From an uncultured Acidobacteriota bacterium (GTDB taxonomy: Bacteria > Acidobacteriota > Vicinamibacteria > Vicinamibacterales > 2-12-FULL-66-21), in NCBI GenBank assembly GCA_963820905.1, contig CAWGBU010000008.1, positions 361,729 to 425,728 of the forward strand: 64,000 nucleotides of DNA. The letters run 5' to 3'. A program made the translations under genes and the position numbers. Positions 25,162 to 34,875 of this stretch are shown here, piece by piece. Numbering within the stretch: the stretch's first letter is position 1; every line of letters begins with the position of its first letter. The notes below the pieces were generated by a model that was given only the letters and a program-made list of their open reading frames with translations, did not search any database and was not told where the DNA came from.

Positions 25162-26111
25162 GGTGCCCCAAGTGCCACTACATCAGTTTTGGCAGCGTCA
25201 CCCGCTGCCGGAACTGCGGCTACGAGTTCTCGCTCGCTCCTGAAGCCGCGCCGCTCGATCTGCCAATCCAGGACGCTGACGCGCCGATCGGACCGATGGG
25301 CGATTTGCGGCTGTCGGATCGACCGGGGCCCGCGCAGCCGCCCACCGACGACAGCGGCGCTCGGCGGGTGCCCTCCGCGGCCAGGCTGGACCTGCCGCTG
25401 TTTTCCGATAAGCCGCCGGCTGACGATGCGCCGCTCATTTCGGCGCCGGCAGTGCCTCGCACTCCGCTTTCGGTGCGCCGGGCGCCGCCCCCGGTTCCCA
25501 AACCGAAGATCGAACGGACGCCGCCCGAGCTCAGCGCGTTTTTCCAGGAACCCAGGGACGCCGACGTCGAAGACGACGAAGAAGATCGTGCGCGCGATCG
25601 CGAATTCCAGAAGCTCTCGCAGTCGCTGCGCGCGACGAAACCGATGTCACGGCAACAGGCCGCCGACCTCGTCGTCGCCTCAGCGGTCGCGCGCCTGGCG
25701 GCGGGGCTCTTCGACGTGGTGCTCCTCGCATCGATTGACGCCGCCGTCTTGTATTTCACGCTTCGCGTGCTGGGCCTGACGCTCGCCGACGCAGGCGTGC
25801 TTCCGCCGATCCCGCTGGCCATCTTTCTCGGCCTGTTGAATGGCGGGTATCTGGCGACCTTTACCGCAGCGGGAGGGCAGACCATAGGCAAGATGCTGAC
25901 GGGAATCAGGGTCGTAGCCGAACAGCCCGGCCACGGTGAGGAGCCCAGCTACTTAAGCCTGCGCGTGCCGCTTGGCGCCGCCGTGCTTCGTGCTGCGGCC
26001 TACCTGGTGTCGCTGCTGCCGGCGGGCCTCGGGTTTGCCGCAATCCTGCTCGACAAGGACGGACGCGCGCTCCACGATCGGCTCGCCAACACGCGCGTCG
26101 TGAAAGCGTGA
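25158..26111 (+). CDS. RDD family membrane protein with N-terminal zinc ribbon
   Basis: MRCPKC...CRNCG; RLAAGLFD, GQTIGKML, ALHDRLANTRVV. Confidence 0.88.
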   Translation: MRCPKCHYISFGSVTRCRNCGYEFSLAPEAAPLDLPIQDADAPIGPMGDLRLSDRPGPAQPPTDDSGARRVPSAARLDLPLFSDKPPADDAPLISAPAVPRTPLSVRRAPPPVPKPKIERTPPELSAFFQEPRDADVEDDEEDRARDREFQKLSQSLRATKPMSRQQAADLVVASAVARLAAGLFDVVLLASIDAAVLYFTLRVLGLTLADAGVLPPIPLAIFLGLLNGGYLATFTAAGGQTIGKMLTGIRVVAEQPGHGEEPSYLSLRVPLGAAVLRAAAYLVSLLPAGLGFAAILLDKDGRALHDRLANTRVVKA

Positions 26112-26573
26112 CACGCCTCGCAGTCTTCCTGGCTACGGCCGGTTACACCGGCTACTTCCCGATCGCGCCCGGCACAGTTGGCTCGGCCGTCGGCCTGGTT
26201 GTGTACCGGGCTCGTCTGGTGGATGCAGTCGACCGCCTTCGAGATCGCGCTGATCGTCGTGCTGTTCGCGGCAGGTGTCTGGGCCGGCACGATTGCCGAG
26301 CGGTACTTCGGCGGTATCGATCCCGGACCCATCGTGCTCGACGAAGTGGTCGGCATGCTCATCACCCTCGCGCTCCTGCCGGTTGGCGTGTCGGGCGCCA
26401 TCGCGGGCTTCGTGCTCTTCCGCGTGTTCGACGTCATCAAGCCGTTTCCAGCGGCGAGGTTCGAGAAGCTGCATGGCGGGCTTGGCGTGATGGCCGACGA
26501 TGCGATGGCGGCGATCTACGCGAACCTGTCGCTGCGCGTGCTGATCGCCGTGTCGGCAGGCTGGATCGCATGA
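26108..26573 (+). CDS. pgpA: Phosphatidylglycerophosphatase A (+1 frameshift near 26207)
   Basis: PIAPGTVGS; DPGPIVLDEVVG, FRVFDVIKP, GVMADD. Confidence 0.92.
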
Positions 26574-27860
26574 TCGAAGGCGCAGCGTCTCGATCCATCC
26601 GGACCGCCGAAGTCATCGCGGTCGGCAGCGAGCTCCTGGGATCGACGAGAGTCGACACGAACTCGCTGTTTCTCGCCGATCGCCTGTCATCCCTCGGCAT
26701 CGAGCTGCGCGCAAAGGCCATCGTCGGCGACAACCGGCGCGAGGTCGCGGAGCTCGTACGGCGTGCGCTCGAGCGCGTCGACCTCGTGATTCTCACCGGC
26801 GGCCTGGGGCCGACCGACGACGACGTGACGCGAGACGCCGTGGCCGACGTGCTCGCGGTGCCGCTCGTCGAGCACGCAGACATTGTCGAGCGCCTGAGAG
26901 AGCGCTTCGAGCGGCGCGGGCTCGCACATGCCGGACGTGAACCGGCGCCAGGCGATGGTGCTCGAGGGCGGAACGGTGCTGAGCAATCCGAACGGCACCG
27001 CGCCGGGGCAGATGTTCGCGCGAGGCGGCAAGGTGGTCATCCTGCTGCCGGGGCCGCCGCGCGAGATGAAGGCGATGATGGACGCCCTCGTGGCGCCCGG
27101 AGGCGCGCTCGCGAGCCACACGGGGAGCGAGCGCTTCTTCCGCTCGGTGCTGTTCGTCGTCGGGCGCGGAGAGTCGCACGTCGAGGAGATCGCGCAGCCT
27201 GTCTATTCGAGGTGGCTGAACGACGAGCCGCCAATCGAGACCACGATCCTCGCATCGCCCGGACAGGTCGAGCTGCACCTGACGACGCGATCGATGGATG
27301 CGACCGCAGCAGAACAGGCCTTGTTGCGTGCGCGCGACCAGCTGGTCGAGGCTCTGGGTCCCGACGTGTTCAGCATCGACGGCCGCTCGATGGAGGAGAT
27401 CCTCGGACAGCTCCTGCTGGAGCGCACGCTCACGATCGCCGCCGCGGAGTCGTGCACGGGCGGGCTGATGATGTCGCGTCTCACGGATGTTCCCGGAAGC
27501 TCCGCGTACGTCGCGGGAGGCGTCGTCGCGTACAGCAACGAGTTGAAGACCGCGCTGGCTGGCGTCGACCCGGCGCTCATCGCGGCGCACGGCGCCGTCA
27601 GCGAACCGGTCGCGGTCGCGCTCGCTGAAGGGGTCAAGACGCGCACTGGCGCGTCGATCGGTGTCGGGATCACGGGCATCGCCGGGCCCACGGGGGGCAC
27701 CCCGGACAAACCGGTCGGCACCGTCGCGATCGCAATCGTGGCGCCTGACGGCGCCGCTCAGGTTCGCACGTTCGCGCTCTTCGGCACCCGGACGATGATC
27801 AAGTTCTGGTCTTCGCAGTACGCGATGAATATGGTGCGGCGACTGTTGCTGGGACTCTGA
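26570..27860 (+). CDS. cinA: Competence/damage-inducible protein CinA (+1 frameshift near 26927)
   Basis: VGSELL, DTNS, TGGLGPTDDDVT; NPNGTAPG, LPGPPREM, AESCTGG, HGAVS. Confidence 0.93.
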
Positions 27861-27877
27861 TTCTGACGTGGCGATGC

Positions 27878-27907
27878 TGGTAGAATGGTACCGCGATGCC
27901 ACGGTAC
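27878..27907 (+). promoter_or_regulatory. Extended -10 promoter and palindromic candidate operator of the vapBC pair
   Basis: TG-G-TAGAAT at 27878-27886; GTACCG-N8-CGGTAC at 27888-27907 spanning the ATG. Confidence 0.55.
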
Positions 27908-28348
27908 ACGACGACCAACATCCGTCTGCCGGCCGAGGCCTACCGGGACCTGATGCTGCGCGCGTCCCGCCGCGGCGTGCCCCTTGCGTCGCTGATCCGG
28001 GAAGCCGTCGAGGAGTATCTCGGCCGTCCCCTGGCTCCGGCGGCGCACGCGTCCGCTCCCCGTCAGGACCCCGTGGATGCGCTCGTCGGCAGCACTCCGT
28101 TCGAGCCAATTGACGAAGCGCTCAATCACGACCACTACCTGTACGGCTGGCCGAAGGAGGAGTCCCGTGAAACTGCTGGCGGACACCGGCGCGCTGCTCG
28201 CCCTGTTCAATCCGCGCGACGCGCTTCACCAGCGGGCGCGAAGGTTCGCGAAGGACGCGGCGGAGACGCGGTTCGTCGTGACGGAGCTCATTCTCAGCGA
28301 GACCGTCACGCGCCTTCGCGCAAGAACCGGCGCCGCCCACGCCGCTGA
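27896..28348 (+). CDS. RHH/CopG-type antitoxin (VapB-like)
   Basis: TTNIRLP...ASLIREAVEEYL ribbon-helix-helix; NHDHYLYG motif; frame runs 182 nt into the toxin gene. Confidence 0.8.
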   Translation: MPRYTTTNIRLPAEAYRDLMLRASRRGVPLASLIREAVEEYLGRPLAPAAHASAPRQDPVDALVGSTPFEPIDEALNHDHYLYGWPKEESRETAGGHRRAARPVQSARRASPAGAKVREGRGGDAVRRDGAHSQRDRHAPSRKNRRRPRR

Positions 28349-28565
28349 CGTCGGCGCTGCGCTCCTGACCAGCCGGCGCTACGAGGTGCTGTTCGTGGAT
28401 GCGCCGCTCATTGACGCCGGACTCGCCGATCTTCGGCGCTTCGCGGACAAGCGGCTCAGCCTCGTCGACGCGGTGAGCTTCGCCGTGATCCGCGCGCTGG
28501 CGCTCGACGGGTCGTTCACGTTCGACCGCGATTTCCGCGACTGCGGCTTCGCTGTATATCCGTGA
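28167..28565 (+). CDS. PIN-domain toxin (VapC-like)
   Basis: GTG after AAGGAGG; LLADTGALLA, ILSETVT, LSLVDAVSF, FTFDRDF. Confidence 0.92.
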   Translation: MKLLADTGALLALFNPRDALHQRARRFAKDAAETRFVVTELILSETVTRLRARTGAAHAADVGAALLTSRRYEVLFVDAPLIDAGLADLRRFADKRLSLVDAVSFAVIRALALDGSFTFDRDFRDCGFAVYP

Positions 28566-28708
28566 CCACTCCAGGCAGAGCATTCACCTGCCAAAGAAGT
28601 AGACCGACTCCAGGATCTTCAAGACGACCGGATAGCCGGCGGTGACGCCGGCAGATCGACCTTCGTTCTGCGACTCGCTATTGAGGCGCAAAACGCTGCA
28701 CGCAACTG

Positions 28709-29293
28709 TCACGCGCCCGCGGATTTCATCCGGGACAGCTCGCGCATCAGCCAGTTCTTGGCGAACTTCCAGTCCCGCATCACGGTCTCCTGCGAGATGT
28801 TCAGGGCTTCCGCGGTCTCTTCCACGCTGAGACCTCCGAAGAACCGAAGCTCGACGACCTGGCTCTTGCGCTCGTACTCCTTTGCGAACGCGGACAGCGC
28901 ATCGTCGATGGCGATCAGTTCGTCCGGCGTGTCCGCGGCCACCGGCATGTTCTGGTCGAATGTGATGCGCTGGAGCGCCCCGCCTCGTTTCTGATTTCGC
29001 TGAGCGCGCGCGAAGTCGACGAGCACCCGGCGCATCAGGCGGGCGGCCATCGCGTAAAAGTGCGCGCGATCCTGCCACTGGACCCGGCGGATGTCGACGA
29101 GCCGCAGGTAGACCTCGTTGACGAGCGCCGTAGCCTGGAGCACGTGGCCGGGTCGTTCGCCTGCCATGTGCCGGTGCGCCATCCGGCGCAGCTCGTCGTG
29201 CACGACGGGCACGAGTTTCTGAACGGCGGCCTCGTCGCCGCCTCTCCAGTCGATCAGCAGCGCGGTGACGTTGTGGGTGCGAGCGTCGGACAA
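28709..29293 (-). CDS. ECF sigma factor, TIGR02999-like (kinase-associated type)
   Basis: VTALLIDWRGGD, LQATALVNEVYLRL, WQDRAHF, VVELRFFGGLS, RDWKFAK. Confidence 0.92.
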   Translation of the reverse strand: MSDARTHNVTALLIDWRGGDEAAVQKLVPVVHDELRRMAHRHMAGERPGHVLQATALVNEVYLRLVDIRRVQWQDRAHFYAMAARLMRRVLVDFARAQRNQKRGGALQRITFDQNMPVAADTPDELIAIDDALSAFAKEYERKSQVVELRFFGGLSVEETAEALNISQETVMRDWKFAKNWLMRELSRMKSAGA

Positions 29294-29412
29294 AGCGCCT
29301 CAGCCTAGGGTGCGAGCCCATTCTAACGCCCCAAAACCGGCGGTGACAGCTGCCGCCGGCGATTTCCGCCTCCTTCCTCGACACGCGGCCTTCCGCCGCG
29401 GGGAGGGACGAA

Positions 29413-30015
29413 ATGGGCCGGAGAGTGGCGGGTTTCGTGATTGGGGTCGCGGCCGTGGCCGCGCTTCCGGGAGCGAGCAGCGCCCAGGTTCAATCCCGGA
29501 CGGTCCGCGTGGTCCTTCAGAACGACGACGTGGTGCCGGCGGACATGGCGGAGCGTGCCAGGCTCGAGGTCGTCCGGCTCTACAAACTGATCCAGGTCGA
29601 CATCGAATGGGTCGCGGACCCGGCGGCGTTGGACGACCGGCTACGCTTCGTCAAGGTCACGCCGTGGGAGCCGCGCGACGACGAGTTTCCGATGGCCCTG
29701 GGCATGACGCCAGCGAAACCGGCCGCGCGCGGGACACAGAGCTATGTCTTCTGGCAGCGGGTGCAGCGGTACGGGCAGAAGTACGCCGCCGGCTTCGACA
29801 TGCTCCTCGCCGTCGCGATCGCCCACGAGCTCGGGCACATGCTGCTGCCGGAAAGGTCGCACTCGAGGCATGGGCTGATGCACGCGTCGTGGGACAGCGG
29901 CCACTTCCGGTCGGCCGCCGCAGGCCTGCTGCACTTCTCGCCGGAGTCGGCGGAATTGATACGCAAGGGCCTGTCGAACCGGATCGCACGCGACGTCGAA
30001 CGTTTCGAACACTGA
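29413..30015 (+). CDS. Exported hypothetical protein with HExxH zinc-binding motif
   Basis: Signal peptide; AIAHELGHMLLPERSHSRHGLM. Confidence 0.8.
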   Translation: MGRRVAGFVIGVAAVAALPGASSAQVQSRTVRVVLQNDDVVPADMAERARLEVVRLYKLIQVDIEWVADPAALDDRLRFVKVTPWEPRDDEFPMALGMTPAKPAARGTQSYVFWQRVQRYGQKYAAGFDMLLAVAIAHELGHMLLPERSHSRHGLMHASWDSGHFRSAAAGLLHFSPESAELIRKGLSNRIARDVERFEH

Positions 30016-30062
30016 CGACTCGTTCCACGGGTGGCGCATGACATGATCGGGCTCGGGCCGTC

Positions 30063-30638
30063 ATGCGTCTCTTCATCGGCATTGAGCTTCCCGAGGAAGT
30101 CCGGCACGCTGCTTCACAGGCAACGGAACATCTGCGATCGCAGATCTCCAGCGTCGCGCCAGGCGCCATGATTCGCTGGATCGCCCCGGAGAGTCTCCAC
30201 GTCACGATCTGGTTCGTGGGGGAAGTGAGCGATGCGAGCTCCGCCCGGCTTTCAGAAGCGCTCTCACCGCCATTCAGCGTCTCCAGCTTCACCCTGTGCG
30301 TCGGGGGCGCGGGCGCCTTTCCCAAATCCGGCGAACCGCGCGCGGTGTGGCTCGGACTCGTCGACGGCCGTGATTCCCTGGTTGCCATCTACGGCGCCGT
30401 GGCGGCGCGCCTCGGGCCGCTGGGGTTCGCGCCTGAAGCGCGTCCCTACTCGCCGCACCTCACAATCGGACGCGTCAAGAACATCCATCGGCGTGACGCC
30501 GCGGGTCTGCGGGGCGCACTGGCGTCTATTCCCGGGGAAATCGGCCGGTGCACGATTCGACACGTGACGCTCTTCAGGAGCCGCACGTCACCCGGGGGCT
30601 CGCAGTACGAGGCCCTGTTGCGAGTACCATTGGCGTGA
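30063..30638 (+). CDS. thpR: RNA 2',3'-cyclic phosphodiesterase
   Basis: MRLFIGI; two HxT motifs (LHVTI, PHLTI). Confidence 0.92.
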   Translation: MRLFIGIELPEEVRHAASQATEHLRSQISSVAPGAMIRWIAPESLHVTIWFVGEVSDASSARLSEALSPPFSVSSFTLCVGGAGAFPKSGEPRAVWLGLVDGRDSLVAIYGAVAARLGPLGFAPEARPYSPHLTIGRVKNIHRRDAAGLRGALASIPGEIGRCTIRHVTLFRSRTSPGGSQYEALLRVPLA

Positions 30639-31234
30639 TGGGCGGTCTGAGCATCCTCGTGGGCTACCTGGCCGGCTCGGTGCCGTTTGCGTTTCTGCTG
30701 GCGCGCCGCGCGGGGATCGACGTGCGCAGCGCCGGCAGCGGCAATGTCGGTGCGGCGAACGTCCTGCGCACGGCGGGTGTCTGGCGTGGCGTGATCGTCA
30801 TGGCGCTCGACGTGGCGAAAGGCGCCGCCGCCGTCGCGATTGCGTACGTGTCGAGCGGCGGCAGCGGCGTGGCCGCCCTCACGGGCGCCGCGGCGGTCGT
30901 CGGACACATCTATCCGGTGTGGCTCCGGTTCCACGGCGGAAAGGGCGTGGCGGTGGCCGCCGGTGTCTTCGCGATCCTGACCCCCCTCGCGACCGCGATC
31001 GCGATGTCTCTCTTTCTCCTGATCGTCTGGACCACCCGCTACGTCTCGCTCGGATCGGTCGCTGCGACGCTGGCGCTGCCACCGGCGGCTTGGCTCACGG
31101 GCGCGCCCGGCGCGGTCGTCGGCGCGGCAGCGGGAACCGCAGGATTGATCCTCTTCCGCCACCGGGCGAACCTGCGCCGTCTCAGGAGCGGAACGGAACG
31201 GCGGATCCGGGTGAAGGGTGTGACGCAGGATTGA
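30638..31234 (+). CDS. plsY: Glycerol-3-phosphate acyltransferase PlsY
   Basis: YLAGSVPF, GSGNVGAANV, DVAKG, GGKGVA, HRANLRRL. Confidence 0.95.
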   Translation: MGGLSILVGYLAGSVPFAFLLARRAGIDVRSAGSGNVGAANVLRTAGVWRGVIVMALDVAKGAAAVAIAYVSSGGSGVAALTGAAAVVGHIYPVWLRFHGGKGVAVAAGVFAILTPLATAIAMSLFLLIVWTTRYVSLGSVAATLALPPAAWLTGAPGAVVGAAAGTAGLILFRHRANLRRLRSGTERRIRVKGVTQD

Positions 31235-32238
31235 CGACGAATACAATCACCATCCTCGGCGCGGGGAGCTGGGGGACGGCGCTCGCGATCCACCTGGCGC
31301 GCGTGGGCCACGACGTCCGCCTCTGGGCGCGCGATCCCGAGCTCGTCGAGTTGATGCAGCGAGGGCGGACGAACCCGCGCTATCTGCCGGATGTACCTCT
31401 GCCCGCGCGCGTCGCGCCTGTGCAGCGGCATCAGACCGCGCTCGACGGCGCCGACGTCGTGCTGTTCGCCGTGCCCTCGCACGGACTGCGTGCCGTGGCG
31501 CGCGCCGTCGCGCCCGCGATTCCCTCGAGAGCCGTGCTCGTCAGCGCGACCAAAGGGCTGGAGACCGATTCCCTGCACCGGATGTCGCGTGTGCTCGAAG
31601 ACGAAGCCGGCGCGGGCCGGCCCGTGGTCGTGCTCTCCGGACCGAGCTTCGCCTCGGAAGTCGCGCGCGCGCTGCCGACCGCGGTGCTGGCCGCCTCGCG
31701 AAACAGCGACGCGGCGGAGTACGTGCAGGATCGATTTCGCGGCCCCGCGTTCCGGCTCTACGTCAGCGACGACGTGGCGGGCGTGGAGATCGGGGGAGCG
31801 GCGAAGAACATCATCGCGATCGCGGCCGGCGTCGTCGAGGGGCTCGGGCTCGGCTACAACTCGATGGCCGCGCTCATCACGCGCGGACTGGCCGAAATCT
31901 CGCGGCTCGCGGACGCCGAAGGCGGACGGCGTGAAACACTGGCCGGGCTGAGCGGGCTGGGCGATCTGGTCCTGACGTCGACCGGTAGTCTGAGCCGCAA
32001 CCGCCACGTGGGACTCGAGCTCGGCAAAGGCCGCACCCTCGAAGAGATCCTGAGCGGCATGCGGATGATTGCGGAAGGCGTGCGCACCACCGGCGCTGCG
32101 CTTGCCCTGGGCGAGCGGCACAAGATCGAACTGCCCATCACGGCGGAGATGGCCGCCGTCCTCGGCGGCCAGCGATCGCCGGCCGAAGCGGTCGACGTAC
32201 TGATGGGCAGGAAGCAGCGAGCTGAAGCGGATCGGTAA
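31231..32238 (+). CDS. gpsA: NAD(P)H-dependent glycerol-3-phosphate dehydrogenase
   Basis: GAGSWGTALA, LSGPSFA, KNIIAIAAG, GLGDLVLT, SRN; TTG start. Confidence 0.95.
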   Translation: MTTNTITILGAGSWGTALAIHLARVGHDVRLWARDPELVELMQRGRTNPRYLPDVPLPARVAPVQRHQTALDGADVVLFAVPSHGLRAVARAVAPAIPSRAVLVSATKGLETDSLHRMSRVLEDEAGAGRPVVVLSGPSFASEVARALPTAVLAASRNSDAAEYVQDRFRGPAFRLYVSDDVAGVEIGGAAKNIIAIAAGVVEGLGLGYNSMAALITRGLAEISRLADAEGGRRETLAGLSGLGDLVLTSTGSLSRNRHVGLELGKGRTLEEILSGMRMIAEGVRTTGAALALGERHKIELPITAEMAAVLGGQRSPAEAVDVLMGRKQRAEADR

Positions 32239-33162
32239 ATGGGATTTTTTGATCGCATCAAGCAGTCGCTCGTCAGGACGAAGCAGCAGTTCGTCGACAG
32301 GTTCGAGGATGTCGTCAAGCGCGCCGATTCGCCGGAACAGCGGACGCGGCCGGTCGATGTCGAGACGGTGGAGGCGCTCGAAGAGGCGCTGATCTCCGCG
32401 GACGTCGGCGTCGCGGCGACGGATCGGATCGTCGAGGCCGTGAAATCGCGCGATCGGCGCACGTCGTCGCTGCGCGATCTCGTCAAGAACGAAATCCTGG
32501 ACATTCTTCGCGGCGCGGGAACGGATGCCGGGAACGGCCGGAAGCCGCACGTCGTGATGATCGTCGGCGTGAACGGGACGGGCAAGACCACGACCGTCGG
32601 CAAGCTCGCGCGGCTGATCAAGGACAGCGGACGCAATCCGATCATCTGCGCGGCCGACACGTTCAGGGCCGCGGCGGTCGAGCAGCTCGAAATCTGGGCC
32701 AAGCGGGCCGACGTCGATTTCATCCGTGCGAAGCCCGGAGCGGATCCCGCCGCCGTGGTCTTCGACGCGATCGCCGCAGGCAAGGCGCGGGATCGGGACG
32801 TCATCCTGGTCGATACGGCAGGACGGCTTCACACGCGCGTGAACCTCATGACAGAGCTCGACAAGATCCGGCGCGTCGCCGCGCGTGAGGTCGACGGGGC
32901 GCCCCACGAGGTGCTGCTCGTGCTCGACGCGACGGTCGGCCAGAACGGCCTCGCGCAGGCGCGCGAGTTCATGAGCGTGGCCGGCGTGAACGGCATCGTC
33001 CTCACGAAGCTGGACGGCACAGCCAAGGGCGGCATCGCGGTGGCGATCGCGAACGACTTGAAGATTCCGATCCGATACGTGGGCGTGGGTGAAGGCATCG
33101 ACGATCTGATCCCGTTCGCGCCGCAGGAGTATGTCGACGCACTGTTCGAAGAGAAGTGGTGA
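32239..33162 (+). CDS. ftsY: SRP receptor FtsY
   Basis: GVNGTGKTTT, DTFRAAA, DTAGR, TKLDGTAKGG. Confidence 0.97.
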   Translation: MGFFDRIKQSLVRTKQQFVDRFEDVVKRADSPEQRTRPVDVETVEALEEALISADVGVAATDRIVEAVKSRDRRTSSLRDLVKNEILDILRGAGTDAGNGRKPHVVMIVGVNGTGKTTTVGKLARLIKDSGRNPIICAADTFRAAAVEQLEIWAKRADVDFIRAKPGADPAAVVFDAIAAGKARDRDVILVDTAGRLHTRVNLMTELDKIRRVAAREVDGAPHEVLLVLDATVGQNGLAQAREFMSVAGVNGIVLTKLDGTAKGGIAVAIANDLKIPIRYVGVGEGIDDLIPFAPQEYVDALFEEKW

Positions 33163-33174
33163 CCGCGCACGAGC

Positions 33175-34272
33175 ATGGACAGCCGCGCTGACGTCGCCTT
33201 CATGTCCCGCGCGCTCGCGCTCGCCGAGCGCGGCCGCGGCCGCACCAGCCCCAACCCCATGGTCGGCGCGCTCGTCGTCGACGACGACGGTGTGATTGTC
33301 GGCAGGGGATCCCACGAACTTGCCGGCGGTCCCCACGCTGAGGTCCACGCGCTCAACGACGCCGGCGAACGGGCGCGCGGCGCGACCCTGTATTGCACGC
33401 TCGAACCGTGCTCGCACACCGGCCGGACGGGCCCCTGTGCGCCGCTCGTCGCGCAGGCGGGCATTCGCCGGGCCGTGGTCGCGGTCGAAGATCCGAACCC
33501 AAGGGTCAGCGGCCGAGGTCTGGCGTATCTGCGCGAGCACGGCGTCGAGGTGAGCGTTGGCGTGGAACGCGTCGAAGCCGAGAAGCTCAACCGGCCCTTC
33601 TTCACGGCAATGCGATGCGGCCGGCCGCACGTCACCTTGAAGGCCGCGCTGAGCCTCGACGCGCGCATGTCGGCTGGTGCGGGAATCAGGACGCCCATCA
33701 CCGGTGCGGCGGCATCGGCCGCGGTGCACCGTGAGCGAGCGGAAGTCGACGCGATCGCCATCGGCTCGCAGACCGCGATCGTCGACGATCCGCTGCTGAC
33801 GGCGCGCGGGGTGTACCGTCATCGTCCGCTCGTCCGCGCCGTGTTCGATCGACGGCTGCGGACGCCCCCGACGGCGCGGCTGCTGTCGACGGTTGCCGAG
33901 GGACCCGTCGTCGTCCTGACCACGCCGCTCGCAACAGACGATCGGCTGCGCCTGGCGGACCTGCTGCGCGCGGCTGGAGCCTCGATCGAGATCATCGAAG
34001 AAGACTCGTTTCTTCCTGCGGCGCTTCGGCGGTTGCTGTCGCTTGGCGTCATCTCGGTCGTCGTCGAAGGCGGTCCGACGCTGCACGACGCGTTCTGGCG
34101 CGGGTCCCTCGTCGATCGCTTCGAGTTGTTCGTGTCGCCTCGCTGCCTGGGATCATCGGGTGTTGAATGGATCGACCTGCCCGACGGCACTCTGGCGCGG
34201 CTGGACGACTTCACGGCGCAGCCGGTCGGGGACGACGTGTTGATCGAGGGACATGTTCACAGGATTGATTGA
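33175..34272 (+). CDS. ribD: Riboflavin biosynthesis deaminase/reductase
   Basis: TSPNPMVG, PHAEV, TLEPCSHTGRTGPC, VEGG. Confidence 0.96.
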   Translation: MDSRADVAFMSRALALAERGRGRTSPNPMVGALVVDDDGVIVGRGSHELAGGPHAEVHALNDAGERARGATLYCTLEPCSHTGRTGPCAPLVAQAGIRRAVVAVEDPNPRVSGRGLAYLREHGVEVSVGVERVEAEKLNRPFFTAMRCGRPHVTLKAALSLDARMSAGAGIRTPITGAAASAAVHRERAEVDAIAIGSQTAIVDDPLLTARGVYRHRPLVRAVFDRRLRTPPTARLLSTVAEGPVVVLTTPLATDDRLRLADLLRAAGASIEIIEEDSFLPAALRRLLSLGVISVVVEGGPTLHDAFWRGSLVDRFELFVSPRCLGSSGVEWIDLPDGTLARLDDFTAQPVGDDVLIEGHVHRID

Positions 34273-34846
34273 GTCGACCGGGGCCGTCGCAAGCCTCGAG
34301 CCGCGCGGCGAGAGCCTCCGGCTCGTGCTGACGACCGATCTCGCGGCCGAGCTGACGGCGGGCGACAGCCTTGCTGTCAATGGCGTGTGCCTTACCGTGC
34401 TGACTGCGTCAGGCGGCGTGGCAGCGGACATCTCTCCGGAAACGGCGAGGATTACCACGCTCGGCGATCTGAAGTCCGGTGCCGTCGTAAACCTCGAACG
34501 GTCGATGCGCGCCGATGCACGGATTGGCGGGCACTTCGTGCAGGGCCATGTCGACGCTACCGGGACGATCGCCGATCTGCGGCCGGAAGGCGATGCCTGG
34601 CGGGTGAGCGTGCGTTTCCCCCCGGAACTTCGCCGTTTTCTCGTGGTCAAAGGGTCGGTTGCCGTCGACGGCATCGGCCTCACCGTCGCGTCCATCGAGG
34701 ATGGCGCGGACCGGTTCGACGTTCAGATCATCCCGTTCACCTGGTCCCACACCAACCTTCGGAACGCCAGCGCCGGGCTGCGGGTGAATCTCGAGTGCGA
34801 TATTCTTGGGAAGTACGTGGCGCGCGCCATGGACCTGCAGCGCTGA
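34253..34846 (+). CDS. ribE: Riboflavin synthase (alpha chain)
   Basis: [24 protein letters not shown]. Confidence 0.96.
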   Translation: MFTGLIESTGAVASLEPRGESLRLVLTTDLAAELTAGDSLAVNGVCLTVLTASGGVAADISPETARITTLGDLKSGAVVNLERSMRADARIGGHFVQGHVDATGTIADLRPEGDAWRVSVRFPPELRRFLVVKGSVAVDGIGLTVASIEDGADRFDVQIIPFTWSHTNLRNASAGLRVNLECDILGKYVARAMDLQR

Positions 34847-34875
34847 AACCAGGCCGCGCCCCCACAGCCTCTCCA

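Noticed and set aside
23846-26927. Programmed frameshifting in ftcD, pgpA or cinA
   Set aside because: No slippery sequences or stimulatory elements; pattern fits sequencing insertions
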